36,388 nt of DNA from Desulfobacterales bacterium (GTDB taxonomy: Bacteria > Desulfobacterota > Desulfobacteria > Desulfobacterales > C00003060). The notes under the pieces were generated by a model. It did no database searches and had not been told where the DNA came from. It saw nothing but the letters and a program-made list of their open reading frames with translations. The stretch spans positions 1 through 36,388 of the forward strand of contig JAUWXJ010000003.1 of assembly GCA_030616425.1 (NCBI GenBank), read 5' to 3'. Shown here piece after piece: positions 18,188 to 28,005 of this stretch (position 1 is the first letter of the stretch; every line of letters starts with the position of its first letter). A program made the translations under genes and the position numbers.

Positions 18188-19588
18188 TCATTTATACCTG
18201 CGGAGAATATCCCAGTACGCCCCGCGATATCCCTGCCCGATGGCATCCACCAGCCGTTGATTGGCATTATAGTTGTAATTTCTCTCGGGTCTTGACGGGT
18301 CAAAGAAAAAGAAACGCTCATCGTCGCCTATGAGTTCATCAAGCAGTTCAGAAGCAAAAGGCGCGATAGCCGGCTCTAAGAAGAAGAGGAGCTCTGATAA
18401 GTCGCCTTCGCGTACAAGGCCCTCTTTCAGCCCGTGTTGGGTTATGAGATTTGCAAGCTCCGTTCCCGGATAGACCCGCACACCCAATGTGACCCCTACC
18501 CGCTCCGGCCGAGACCGCTTCATCAGCTCAATCGTGGCAGTGATGCTCTCCTGTGTCTCCCCCGGCGAGCCGAGCAAAAGGTCGAACATGACCACTATGC
18601 CCGCCTCCTTACAGAACTTGACTGCATTTGAGATGTCGTTTGGCATAAATCCCCGTCTCAATCGCCTCAACATCTCCTCATCGCCATTGTCCACCCCAAA
18701 GTTAATCCCCACACATCCAGCGCGACGCATCAGCTTAGCAAATTCCAGCGAAAAGGGGACTGGCGAGCAGTACGCATACCATCGGAGTTTGTCACCCAAA
18801 TTTCGGTGAATGATTTCCCGGCAAATTTCCAGGGCATGCACCTGAGGTAAATTAAACTCACTGTCGCAGGTGTGTATGTGGTCAATCCCCTGTTCAAGAA
18901 GTCTTTCCAGCTCATCAACCACGGTTTTGGGCGGTCTGATCCGTATCTTTTTGCCCTTGGCTATCGGATCCGCACAGTAAACACATACACCATTGCACCC
19001 GCGCTTGGTCTCAATCCCTGCTTGTCCCCCTTCATGAAAATAGCGACGGTTGTCAACCCAGGTTCGACTCATGGGAGGAAGGTTCGCCAGAGACAGCATT
19101 GACTGCGGATTGCGGCGCCACCTGCCATGATCACGCCAAATCAGATTGGAAAAATTATGCCATTCCTCTCTTCGTTCTATCTTGTTGGCAAGCTGCAGGA
19201 AGTCAAAGTCCCCGTCGCCCCACAAACCCGCATCAGCCTCGCACACCTCCAAAACCCGCTCCGGTATGACCGAGAAACCTACACCACCCAACACAACAAC
19301 GGCATCCGTATGTTTGCGGATAGCCCCCACCATGTCGGCAAACTCATCTAGAAACGACTGGCGGCTTGTGAAGGTACAATCGTCTGTGTTGCGAAGCGTC
19401 ACTCCGATTAAGTCGAAGTGTGTTCCATCAAAGAAATTCGCTATAGCAGAACCCCACTCATCCTCCCAGCAAAGGTCCAGAACCTCCACATGATGTCCTG
19501 CTGCGTTCAGTACTTCAGCTACATAGTCCAGACCAATAGGTGCTATTGGCGGCTTTATCCGATTTGTATTGACTAAAGCTACACGCAT
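18188..19588 (-). CDS. B12-binding radical SAM protein
   Basis: PIGLDY, KRGCNGVCVYC, DSEFN, PGET, RVYPGT. Confidence 0.9.
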   Translation of the reverse strand: MRVALVNTNRIKPPIAPIGLDYVAEVLNAAGHHVEVLDLCWEDEWGSAIANFFDGTHFDLIGVTLRNTDDCTFTSRQSFLDEFADMVGAIRKHTDAVVVLGGVGFSVIPERVLEVCEADAGLWGDGDFDFLQLANKIERREEWHNFSNLIWRDHGRWRRNPQSMLSLANLPPMSRTWVDNRRYFHEGGQAGIETKRGCNGVCVYCADPIAKGKKIRIRPPKTVVDELERLLEQGIDHIHTCDSEFNLPQVHALEICREIIHRNLGDKLRWYAYCSPVPFSLEFAKLMRRAGCVGINFGVDNGDEEMLRRLRRGFMPNDISNAVKFCKEAGIVVMFDLLLGSPGETQESITATIELMKRSRPERVGVTLGVRVYPGTELANLITQHGLKEGLVREGDLSELLFFLEPAIAPFASELLDELIGDDERFFFFDPSRPERNYNYNANQRLVDAIGQGYRGAYWDILRRYK

Positions 19589-19806
19589 AAGACAAAAGAA
19601 TAAATAAGCTTCATGATATGTATGTCACAGGCCTCTCGACTATAATGACCAACTGCCACGCTATCAATATTGGGAAATACTCAAAACCCTTTTCGACAGC
19701 GTTATGAAGTGGGGTCATGTCCTGATTCTATTGATAAAATCCCACCAATGACTGTTTTGCGTATTTTTCGCACAAAAGCGAGACAACTACACAACTATAG
19801 AAAAAA

Positions 19807-19929
19807 TTATCTTTCCAGCAGATCAAAATCTTTTGCTCTGGCCATTTTTTCCCCCTGCTTTATCGAACTCCTGACCGCTAGCCGCAAAAGTTCAAATTTT
19901 CTGGCAAGAGTTGTGGCAACGCCTGCCAT
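19807..19929 (-). pseudogene. Possible degraded C-terminal HTH of a RAYT/Y1-type transposase
   Basis: MAGVATTLARKFELLRLAVRSSIKQGEKMARAKDFDLLER resembles the LAR.L.....V...V.RGE..A tail of such transposases; weak. Confidence 0.3.
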
Positions 19930-20095
19930 ATAGCACGGGGCCTTCATCAAGAAAACTCATAATTTTCTGGGCGTCGCTAAGCCCCCAACAGTGAATACAC
20001 GCCTCATCTTCTGTCATTTCTTCTAATATTGATAGCCAACATCTTTTCGTTCAATTTGAACTACAGATCAACGATTATGGGTGGGCTATGGAACC

Positions 20096-20112
20096 TGGTA
20101 TAAAACTTGCAT
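20096..20112 (+). promoter_or_regulatory. Sigma54 (-24/-12) promoter
   Basis: TGGTATAAAACTTGCAT has exact GG-N10-GC spacing, about 290 bp upstream of the REC-GGDEF gene. Confidence 0.6.
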
Positions 20113-20399
20113 ATCATTTTTGTTGTCTATTACCAAATGTTGTAATAAAAGCAACGAGTTGTCTTGCATCTTGGGGTTTCGACCAGCTGAGGTGTTGTAC
20201 CAGGGAGTCAACATCACATGGTGCTTATTTCGTCACCAGTAAATAAATGGGCACCGAAGAATCACATAGTGGTAACCTTAAATTGCAAATGTATCTCATG
20301 AAGGGTTCCTGTGCGACATGAAGATTAGAAGAAAATTGTTAACAGTTTTTGATCTCATGTGATATATTATTGGTCAAGAATTCGAAGATTGGCAAAAAA

Positions 20400-21839
20400 A
20401 TGAACGAGAAAAATACGACAGTCGTACTGGGTGAAAGCAGGGAAACGTCTGATAGTTCGATCAAAGGCTTATTAGAGCAACGGAACATAAAGGTCTGGGA
20501 ATGCGCAGATGGAATTGAGGCGATCCGCAAATCGTTTGCGAAAAATCCTGATTTAATCATCCTGGATGTGACGCTGCCACGATTGAACGGTTATCAGTTC
20601 GCCCGGATACTAAAAAGTGACCCTTCCATGAACTCTACTCCAATCATCCACATGGGTTCTTCAAGAAATCCAATTGAGCGATATTGGAGCGGTGTCTGCG
20701 GGGGAGACGATTATCTGGAAAAGCCGGTAAATGAGGTCGACTTAGAGAAAGCTCTGAATACGTTCCTTCGCAAAGAAAGCGGCAAGCGTCAGTTGCTTGC
20801 TCCTGTCAGCACGATCCCGGACTTAGATGACCAGTCAATCTTAGCTCTTGCCACCAAGCTTTTGGAGCAGGAACTTCTCAGGGCGAATATCCTGAACGAA
20901 ATCAACATGATCGACATATCGGCCATGACCGCCGAAGATCTTGTAATGGCTGTAATGGCTATTGTCGGTTCACTATATGATTTTGCCGTGGCAACGGCCT
21001 TATTTCTTTATATCGATCATGGAGAGATCTTCTTCTACCAGAACGGACAGGTTGAACAAGATCGTTTGGACGAGGTTAAGAAGCTTATTCTTAAGCATTT
21101 GCAGCGACAGTATGAAATTTACTTAGATCCGAAACAAATAAAGCAAAACCTCTTGCAATCAAATCAGGTCAAAGAAGTTAGCAGAGAAACAGATGAAGTT
21201 TATATTCATACAAAGGAGAGTGGCCCTGTTCGCTCTGTGTTGGCTTTTCAGGATATTGGATTTAAGGAGCTTAAGGAAAATGATCGGGAAATTCTCACGC
21301 TGGCGCTAGACCTCGCCCAGGGAGTGCTAGAGAAAAAGATATTCTTTCAGATGTCTCAAGAATTATCCATTATTGACGCTGCGACAGAAGGCGATTCTAT
21401 GGCCTTTTTCATGACCATTTTGAGAAGAGAGATTGAAAATGCAATCAGAAATCGATACCCCATCACCCTTATGACCATAGCTATCTCCAACTATAAGCAG
21501 ATCACTAAAGACCTCAGTACTGATGAGGTACACGGTTTGATTCGTATTATTCAGAATCTTATCTTAAAAGTTATGCGTAAATCTGACATCGTGGCCAGAT
21601 GGGAAATGGCCTCTTTCGCTTTCCTACTCACTCACACGTCGCTGGAAAAGGCCCGCGTGTCCCAAGAGAGGATCAGTAAGTATATAATGAATAATATCTC
21701 ACAACACTTGCCTTCCTCGGCCGAATTAGTAATGGATATGGGTATCAGTCAGTTCAACCCGGAACGTGACAAAACACCGGAAATCTTCTTTGCCAACGCC
21801 AAACCAAAGGAAAAAAGTTTAGATGAAGCCAACCGGTAA
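20400..21839 (+). CDS. Response regulator with a degenerate GGDEF domain
   Basis: Receiver PDLIILDVTLP.LNG...KP; C-terminal cyclase-like fold with RKSD followed by ARWEMASF in place of R.GGDEF. Confidence 0.8.
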   Translation: MNEKNTTVVLGESRETSDSSIKGLLEQRNIKVWECADGIEAIRKSFAKNPDLIILDVTLPRLNGYQFARILKSDPSMNSTPIIHMGSSRNPIERYWSGVCGGDDYLEKPVNEVDLEKALNTFLRKESGKRQLLAPVSTIPDLDDQSILALATKLLEQELLRANILNEINMIDISAMTAEDLVMAVMAIVGSLYDFAVATALFLYIDHGEIFFYQNGQVEQDRLDEVKKLILKHLQRQYEIYLDPKQIKQNLLQSNQVKEVSRETDEVYIHTKESGPVRSVLAFQDIGFKELKENDREILTLALDLAQGVLEKKIFFQMSQELSIIDAATEGDSMAFFMTILRREIENAIRNRYPITLMTIAISNYKQITKDLSTDEVHGLIRIIQNLILKVMRKSDIVARWEMASFAFLLTHTSLEKARVSQERISKYIMNNISQHLPSSAELVMDMGISQFNPERDKTPEIFFANAKPKEKSLDEANR

Positions 21840-24453
21840 ACTTAGGGTCGGCGACTTGCTTGTCCAGGAGGATCTCATTACCCCAGAGCAGTTGGATCAG
21901 GCTCTATCAGTTCAGAAAAATCAGAAAATATATAAACCATTGGGAGAAGTCTGTGTCGAACTGAAATTTCTCTCCAGGACGCAGTTGAACCGAATCCTCA
22001 ATAAGTACCAGAAAAACATCCGAATAGGAGATCTCTTGATTAATCTGGGGTTGATCACTCAGGAACAGCTGCAAACGGCCTTAAAGCAACAGAAATCGGA
22101 AGGTGGAAAAATAGGGGACATCTTAGTAAAAATGGGGTTTCTCACAGAAACTTCTCTGATCAACACGCTGACTATACAGTTGGGAGTTCCCAAGATTGTT
22201 CCTGACTTTCGTCTGATTGATAAAAGCCTCCTAGAGGGAATCAGTGAAGAATTCTTGGTGAAACATGAGGTGCTGCCAGCTTTTAAGGAAGGCGATGTAT
22301 TGACCGTCATCATGAGTAATCCCCTTGACGGGCAGACCATTCGCGACCTAACCAATACCTTCGGATGCAAAATCGAACCTGCAATTGCTCCATCGGGAGA
22401 TATTCAAAACGCTATCAAGCAACATTATCGAAAGGTTACGCTTGGAGCCCAAGACGTTCCCGAGAAGGAAACAAAAGACCTGATTGTCGGTGATACGAAC
22501 TTTCCCCGGGGGGAGAATGGAGACAATATTGTAGGAATACTAGATTATATTATCACCAATGCCATCATGGAGGGGGCGAGTGATATTCACATTGAACCAA
22601 GAGAAAAAAGCCTCCGCATCCGTTACCGCATTGATGGGATATTGCAGCATAAGACCGATGTACCTATCTCCTTAGCCCCAAGCCTCGTGTCGCGAATAAA
22701 AATCCTGTGTAACCTCGATATTGCTGAAAAGAGAAGACATCAGGATGGCCGCATTGAAGCCCGGGTCATGGACAAAGAGGTTGATCTCAGGGTTTCTGTT
22801 TATGTTTCGGGCTACGGGGAGAATGTAGTAATACGCGTTTTGCACCGTACAACCGAACTGGTTGAGCTTGACGCATTAGGTATCTCCCCGAGCAACAGAG
22901 CCAGGTTTCAGCAAATCCTGGATCAGCCTTCAGGAATCATCCTGGTTACGGGGCCCACAGGCAGTGGTAAAACCACGACCCTCTATGCTTGTTTAAATTA
23001 TTTGAATGACGGACAAAGATCGATCATCACAGTGGAAGATCCTATCGAATACACCATGGATGGGGTAGTACAGGGACAGATGGAATCTAAACTAGGGCAA
23101 ACCTATACCGATTTCCTGAAATCTATGATGCGCCAGGATCCGGATGTCATCATGATTGGAGAGATCCGGGACTCTGTTGCAGCAGAAGCCGTAATACAGG
23201 CTGCCTTGACCGGCCATAAGGTGTTCAGCACCTTCCACACAGATGATACAACAGGGGCACTCTTGCGACTTATGGATATGGGAATTGATACCTTTCTGAT
23301 ATCTTCAACGGTGGTTTCGATAGTTGCTCAGCGTCTGGTCCGAGCCCTTTGTACACACTGCCGTGAACCCTATGTGCCAGATGAACATCTGCTAACCTCT
23401 TTTAGTGTTGGTTCTATAGATACAGCTAAATTTAATTTCCATCAAGCAGTCGGATGTTCTCATTGCGGTGATACAGGGTTTAAAGGGCGTACTGCCATTC
23501 ATGAGTTTTTGTTGGTCAATGATGCGATCCGTGACGCTATCCTGGCACGAAAGACCTCAGGCCAGATCAGGCTCGCTGCTCGGGAACACGCTAAAATGGT
23601 CTCCATGCGCGAGGATGGTTTCTACAAGGCCACTAAGGGAATTACCTCTCTGGAGGAGGTTGTGCGTGTGGTTTTTCACAATGAAAGCGACGATTTGTCT
23701 CTTCGTTCTGCAGAAGAGTTAATAGATCTTTGTGAAAAGGTGACAACCATACCCCCGAAACAACTCGACTCAATCCCAACCCCGAAGAAGATTTCAATGC
23801 AAGAGGCTGAAGCCCCTGTCTCAATCACAGGCTCCAATCTTTCTGTAATGGACGGAGAAGTTTACAGGATTCGCTTTGATGTCACCACTATTGAAACGGA
23901 TACCGACCAGATTGCAGATTTCTTCAAGGCATACCAAGGAATCATTGAGAAGATGGGCAAGGCCCTTGACTCTAATTTGTTAGAAGACTTTGTAAACTTC
24001 ATTATCTACACGGTGAAACGTCTGGAGATTTCATTGAAATCTGAGTTTGTTGAATTTTCCCTCCGGGTAAAAGAGGAAAAAGTGAAGATTATAGTAGAAA
24101 CCTTGATTCCGCAAAGGCCATCCTCTTCAACCTTTCATACAAGCAAGGAGACGGGTCTGCGTCTGATAAATTTTCTAATGCCCAGCTCAGGTGTAGAAAA
24201 AGCGCTCGCGACCGAAAGTGATTACATGAAAAGAGGAGGGCCTTATCAGAAAAAAGCATCTTTGATTGAGTTTCTGAAACAAAAAGAGGCCCGGCAACAC
24301 GAGGAGGAAGGAGCAGAATATGGAGAAGCTCCTCTATCAAGGCCTGAGCTTCCTGAGGAACCAGCGGTTCGTGATGCTTCACACCCAAAAAGCTTCGGGC
24401 TGTATAAAAAACACGTGGAAGAGTTAGAATTGGACGGTTCTTTAGGGGGCTAA
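21823..24453 (+). CDS. PilB/GspE-family ATPase with tandem MshEN domains and a long C-terminal extension
   Basis: RVGDLL...LGE and RIGDLL...KIGDIL, ASDIHIEP, Walker A GPTGSGKT, RQDPD...GEIRD, TGH..FSTFH, CxxC pair. Confidence 0.92.
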   Translation: MKPTGKLRVGDLLVQEDLITPEQLDQALSVQKNQKIYKPLGEVCVELKFLSRTQLNRILNKYQKNIRIGDLLINLGLITQEQLQTALKQQKSEGGKIGDILVKMGFLTETSLINTLTIQLGVPKIVPDFRLIDKSLLEGISEEFLVKHEVLPAFKEGDVLTVIMSNPLDGQTIRDLTNTFGCKIEPAIAPSGDIQNAIKQHYRKVTLGAQDVPEKETKDLIVGDTNFPRGENGDNIVGILDYIITNAIMEGASDIHIEPREKSLRIRYRIDGILQHKTDVPISLAPSLVSRIKILCNLDIAEKRRHQDGRIEARVMDKEVDLRVSVYVSGYGENVVIRVLHRTTELVELDALGISPSNRARFQQILDQPSGIILVTGPTGSGKTTTLYACLNYLNDGQRSIITVEDPIEYTMDGVVQGQMESKLGQTYTDFLKSMMRQDPDVIMIGEIRDSVAAEAVIQAALTGHKVFSTFHTDDTTGALLRLMDMGIDTFLISSTVVSIVAQRLVRALCTHCREPYVPDEHLLTSFSVGSIDTAKFNFHQAVGCSHCGDTGFKGRTAIHEFLLVNDAIRDAILARKTSGQIRLAAREHAKMVSMREDGFYKATKGITSLEEVVRVVFHNESDDLSLRSAEELIDLCEKVTTIPPKQLDSIPTPKKISMQEAEAPVSITGSNLSVMDGEVYRIRFDVTTIETDTDQIADFFKAYQGIIEKMGKALDSNLLEDFVNFIIYTVKRLEISLKSEFVEFSLRVKEEKVKIIVETLIPQRPSSSTFHTSKETGLRLINFLMPSSGVEKALATESDYMKRGGPYQKKASLIEFLKQKEARQHEEEGAEYGEAPLSRPELPEEPAVRDASHPKSFGLYKKHVEELELDGSLGG

Positions 24454-24930
24454 TCGGTTTGCATTACTTTGGTGTTGGACACCACCGCCTGTTTCTGTTG
24501 ATCTTCGCGCCAAACAATAGACGTCTCAGGTTGTTGTTCCTGCTGACGAAACCGGACGTCTGCATTCTACTGTCCTGAAAACACCCATACTAAAATGCTG
24601 GTAATGTGCGCTTGTTCTACCAAACCACGCATCATTTGAACCCAAATTATGCGTTAGAGGCCTGCGCGGGTGAGGAGAGAACCAGCAAAAAACCGTAATA
24701 TTCGCGATTGGGGGTAAGTGGAACCGCTGAACGTAGGCCCACAGCCATTTCCACTGAGGATAACCGCATACCCGGTATCGGGTATCATATTCTTGATTTC
24801 CAGAGCAATAAATTTTCTGCACATACATATTATGAGTCAAGAGCAGACCCATTTACCCCCTGACCGATAGTTGCGACAGCCTCAACTTTCCGGCAGAAGT
24901 GGTTGCATTCACACCCAACCCGCGTACCTA

Positions 24931-24957
24931 ACCCCGCCCTGGGGGCGGAGAGCTTCA
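24931..24957. repeat. IS200/IS605-end-like palindrome, divergent copy 3
   Basis: CCCCGCCCTGGGGGCGGAGAGCTTCA: same hairpin plus GCTTCA end as copies 1 and 2. Confidence 0.45.
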
Positions 24958-25046
24958 AAGATCTTCTTGCGCTCTATCGCCATGATAATGAAATGGAGGA
25001 GAGCCGGCGTGTTAGTAGTGTGGTATTAACCTGGAACATGCTGTAA

Positions 25047-25967
25047 TTAATCAGGATCATCCACAACCACGCCGTACCGACTCCCTTTTGGTGGTGCACC
25101 TCTTTTTTCTTTTGAAATGACAAGATTGCGATAAAAGGTCTTATCTGTCCGATTATAGGAAACCAGAAGTTTCACCATACTCCGGCTCAGCTTTCCAAGG
25201 CTAGCATCTTCATATATCAGTTCTAATGCAGAGCGGGTATCATAGGGGACATCACGGTACGGCCTGGGGGAAATCAAGGCATCGAAGACGTCACAAACTG
25301 CTACCAGTTCCACCATCCTATCAGCCAACTTGATCCCCCGAGGATAGCCCGATCCATCCCTTCTTTCATGATGTTCATGGGCTACTTTAGGGCTTAAGCG
25401 ATCTTCACCTCCCAAATAATAGCTGAGTAAAACAAATCCGGCAACGGCATGGTCTTTTAAGATTTCTCTCTCGTTTCTGGTTAAGTAAGAGACTTTCCTT
25501 AATATCTCCATGGGGACGGTAATCTTGCCGAAATCATGCATGGGAGCTACCGATACTTCTCTTACAAGCTTTGACGGGCTGCGTATTAGGCCAGAGGCCA
25601 TTCGAACAGTCAAGACTGAAACGCGTAATATATGACGGTAGGTGTAAGGGTCATTTTTTTTAAAAAAATCCAGGGCCTCAAAGATAGGGGGAGGAAACAC
25701 AATCTCTCCCATCCATTTTAAGGTCTGGTCAATTACCTTTGGTGAGTCAAAAATAATGTCATAAGGTCCTCCCTTAAGAAATGCCATCACATCATCTCGA
25801 ATGCCCCTATGCCGGAAAATAGGTTTAAGATCCCGATCCTTATGTTTTCCTTTATTACATATAGCCTTCATGAATTTGGGAGTTAATACATCTCCTGCCC
25901 GTGCTATTAATGAACCCTCAAGATCATAAATATCATGCTTAACTATAGAGTATCTTTGGCGAGCCAT
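25047..25967 (-). CDS. HD-GYP cyclic dinucleotide phosphodiesterase
   Basis: H..RV, HDFGK, HHER.DGSGYP.G, DVFDAL...RPY. Confidence 0.92.
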   Translation of the reverse strand: MARQRYSIVKHDIYDLEGSLIARAGDVLTPKFMKAICNKGKHKDRDLKPIFRHRGIRDDVMAFLKGGPYDIIFDSPKVIDQTLKWMGEIVFPPPIFEALDFFKKNDPYTYRHILRVSVLTVRMASGLIRSPSKLVREVSVAPMHDFGKITVPMEILRKVSYLTRNEREILKDHAVAGFVLLSYYLGGEDRLSPKVAHEHHERRDGSGYPRGIKLADRMVELVAVCDVFDALISPRPYRDVPYDTRSALELIYEDASLGKLSRSMVKLLVSYNRTDKTFYRNLVISKEKRGAPPKGSRYGVVVDDPD

Positions 25968-26081
25968 CAGCTTTGTTCCTGTGGTTAGTGATAGAGATAA
26001 GAATCCACCTCTTGGTCAATTTTCTCCCCCTTGACCAAAATAGTCCCTGCTGACACCGCCAAGGCTCCGGTGAACGGCAGG

Positions 26082-26843
26082 CTAAAAGCTTACGGTGAGG
26101 GCCGCGTAGGGCCCTGACGTGTTGTAGTTAAGATCCACGTCATCTACGTCCAGATCAATGAAAAAGGCCCGGTAGCCGCCGTGGATGTCCAGAAAAGGAA
26201 ATGGGGTATAAGAAATTTTCGCCAGACCGTCAAAGACGGTACCGTCTCCATATCTCATGCCGGTGGCCAAGACCCGCGCTTCCAAAATATTTGCGAGAAT
26301 ACCTATATGGAAATTCGCCTCTAACATGGGAATAGCCTCAGTAAAATCCTCTTTTTCATCCTGGGTTGTAGACTTGACCTGAATGCGACCGTCGATAAGC
26401 TTGGCCCTGCCGACAATCCCCAAGGAAAAGCCGGCCAGAATATTCTCCAAATCCAACAAGTCATACTGATACATGAAATCACTCACATCATACTCGAAGC
26501 TGGTATTGACACGCTGGCCTTGGGCAAAGGTCTTGCCATTAAATGTGATAGATTTAGTCAAATTTTTGACTCCAGAATAATCGGCATGATAATAGGAAAG
26601 GCTCAGGTGATGATCCCCTAGTCCGAGAAAGGCTTCGACAAAGGGGTAGAACTTATCATCAACACCCAAATCATTGTCCAGGTCAAGGTCGGTGCCAGAA
26701 ATACCGTTCGCGTCCACCGCAATATCCCCTTTGATAACAGGAAATCAGTAATGCCCCCGCACACCAACCTCAAATGCATGCGTGGGCGAGGCTAGCAGTA
26801 TCACGCACGCAATACAGATAGTCCAAAGAAATACTCTTTTCAT
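26082..26843 (-). pseudogene. Outer-membrane beta-barrel protein (TIGR04219-like) with an in-frame TGA at codon 33
   Basis: GGAGG RBS; signal peptide MKRVFLW...THA-FEVGVRGHY*FPVIKG continues in frame into ORF 26082-26717; terminal Phe (YAALTVSF). Confidence 0.75.
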
Positions 26844-27027
26844 AAAGCCTCCTTTCTATAAACGATACGGGCTCAACGTGGCATACTTTCCATATAGCAC
26901 ATAACCTTTGTTCTGAAAACTCATAGTTTCTTCCCGCCTCCTTTTTCTCTGAAGATATGAAAACCATATCACAAGTTTCTGGGAGGAAGTTAGGTTAGCG
27001 GTTCATAGCAGTAATCGAAAGTAATAG

Positions 27028-27087
27028 GGGTAACGTCGCTAATCAGCCCCGCGGCTTTTTGCGTCGACTGCATTAGCCTGGTTAGCC
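27028..27087 (-). mobile_element. Integron attC recombination site (60 bp)
   Basis: Minus strand GGCTAAC-CAGG-CTAATGCAG...CTGATTAG-CGAC-GTTACCC: R'' and R' boxes, L boxes with an extrahelical G, overlapping the ORF stop. Confidence 0.8.
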
Positions 27088-27554
27088 ATCTTTTTCATCA
27101 ACAAATTGAATTTATTTATCATTTTTTTAATTTTCGTTGATGATATAATGGTCAAATTATTGATGCACAATAAATGGGTATTACCATTAGCTTTGTTTCC
27201 AACCGAAGCAAATTCATTTATAATTTTATGAATACTGGCTTTCTTAAACAAATAGCTCTCTAAAATTTCTTCGCAAAAAAACTGATAGCAGACCAAGGGT
27301 CGCCCATAATCAAGACTACATCCCAAAGGACTTATCCATCCATTTTTAGTATCATATTGATTTTTTTGTTTTTCTACTAGTATTGAAAGGAAAGCGCTCT
27401 CAATCGATTCCCTACATATTTCTTCCTTACAGCATCTTGAAGAACATTCTTTGCAAAAATGAAATGATGTTTGATAGATTAATTTTTGTATTTCTTTTTC
27501 AATACATACATATATCGTAAGTAGGTTTGCTAATCTACAATCGACGCCATTCAT
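27039..27554 (-). CDS. Cys-rich putative metal-cluster protein (CxxCxxxCC...RPxxC, YkgJ-like), cassette gene 2
   Basis: CKECSSRCCKEEIC...GC...RPLVCYQFFC; AT-rich. Start 27554 chosen to minimise overlap with the upstream gene (track start 27692). Confidence 0.6.
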   Translation of the reverse strand: MNGVDCRLANLLTIYVCIEKEIQKLIYQTSFHFCKECSSRCCKEEICRESIESAFLSILVEKQKNQYDTKNGWISPLGCSLDYGRPLVCYQFFCEEILESYLFKKASIHKIINEFASVGNKANGNTHLLCINNLTIISSTKIKKMINKFNLLMKKMANQANAVDAKSRGAD

Positions 27555-28005
27555 AATCTGAAGCTTCAACTTTTTGGCTATCTCTGTCGAACCATGAACA
27601 ATAGCCTGACATCTTTTTGCGATTTTTATCAATTTGTAGGAGGAAAACTCCTCTACCTTCAAGGGATCCAGAAAGAGTTCCTTCCTTTTCATAATACCCT
27701 GAAACTAAATCTTGAAATACAGTTCCATAATACATGAATTTACGAGGATAAGGATCACCAATTTCGCCAACCCCGGAAAAGTACTTGCCTTGATGCTTAA
27801 TTTTTATTTTTTCCAACGAATGAAGGGTTTCATTCTCAGTGCCTACTTCAACACAGGAAGCTTCCCATATGTCCGTCAAATCAATAACACTTCCTGATAT
27901 CTTTTGATAAATATACTGCAAATAAAAGAAAAATTGACCCCTTATGCCTGGGATTAATAACCCTGCTATAATACTTGCAATAACTCCGAAAATGAAGTTT
28001 CTCAT
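27535..28005 (-). CDS. Membrane-anchored beta-barrel protein, Cap15/S-2TMbeta-like, cassette gene 1
   Basis: N-terminal TM helix, DLTDIW strand start, alternating beta strands, G.F.L....MSGY; starts 16 bp after GTTAGCC with a GGGGAAG RBS. Confidence 0.55.
   Translation of the reverse strand: MRNFIFGVIASIIAGLLIPGIRGQFFFYLQYIYQKISGSVIDLTDIWEASCVEVGTENETLHSLEKIKIKHQGKYFSGVGEIGDPYPRKFMYYGTVFQDLVSGYYEKEGTLSGSLEGRGVFLLQIDKNRKKMSGYCSWFDRDSQKVEASDYEWRRL

Noticed and set aside
20140-20300. Possible c-di-GMP riboswitch in the leader of the REC-GGDEF operon
   Set aside because: No GEMM-type GGCAAA/GAAA/GCAAA pattern recognisable by eye; an Rfam scan would settle it.
24526-24852. 108-aa minus-strand ORF
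   Set aside because: Atypical composition, no motif, adjacent to a repeat; cannot be supported as a gene.
26745-26747. Selenocysteine or genetic-code recoding of the in-frame TGA
   Set aside because: The context suggests Trp rather than Cys, no SECIS-like hairpin was recognised, and other genes here end in TGA.
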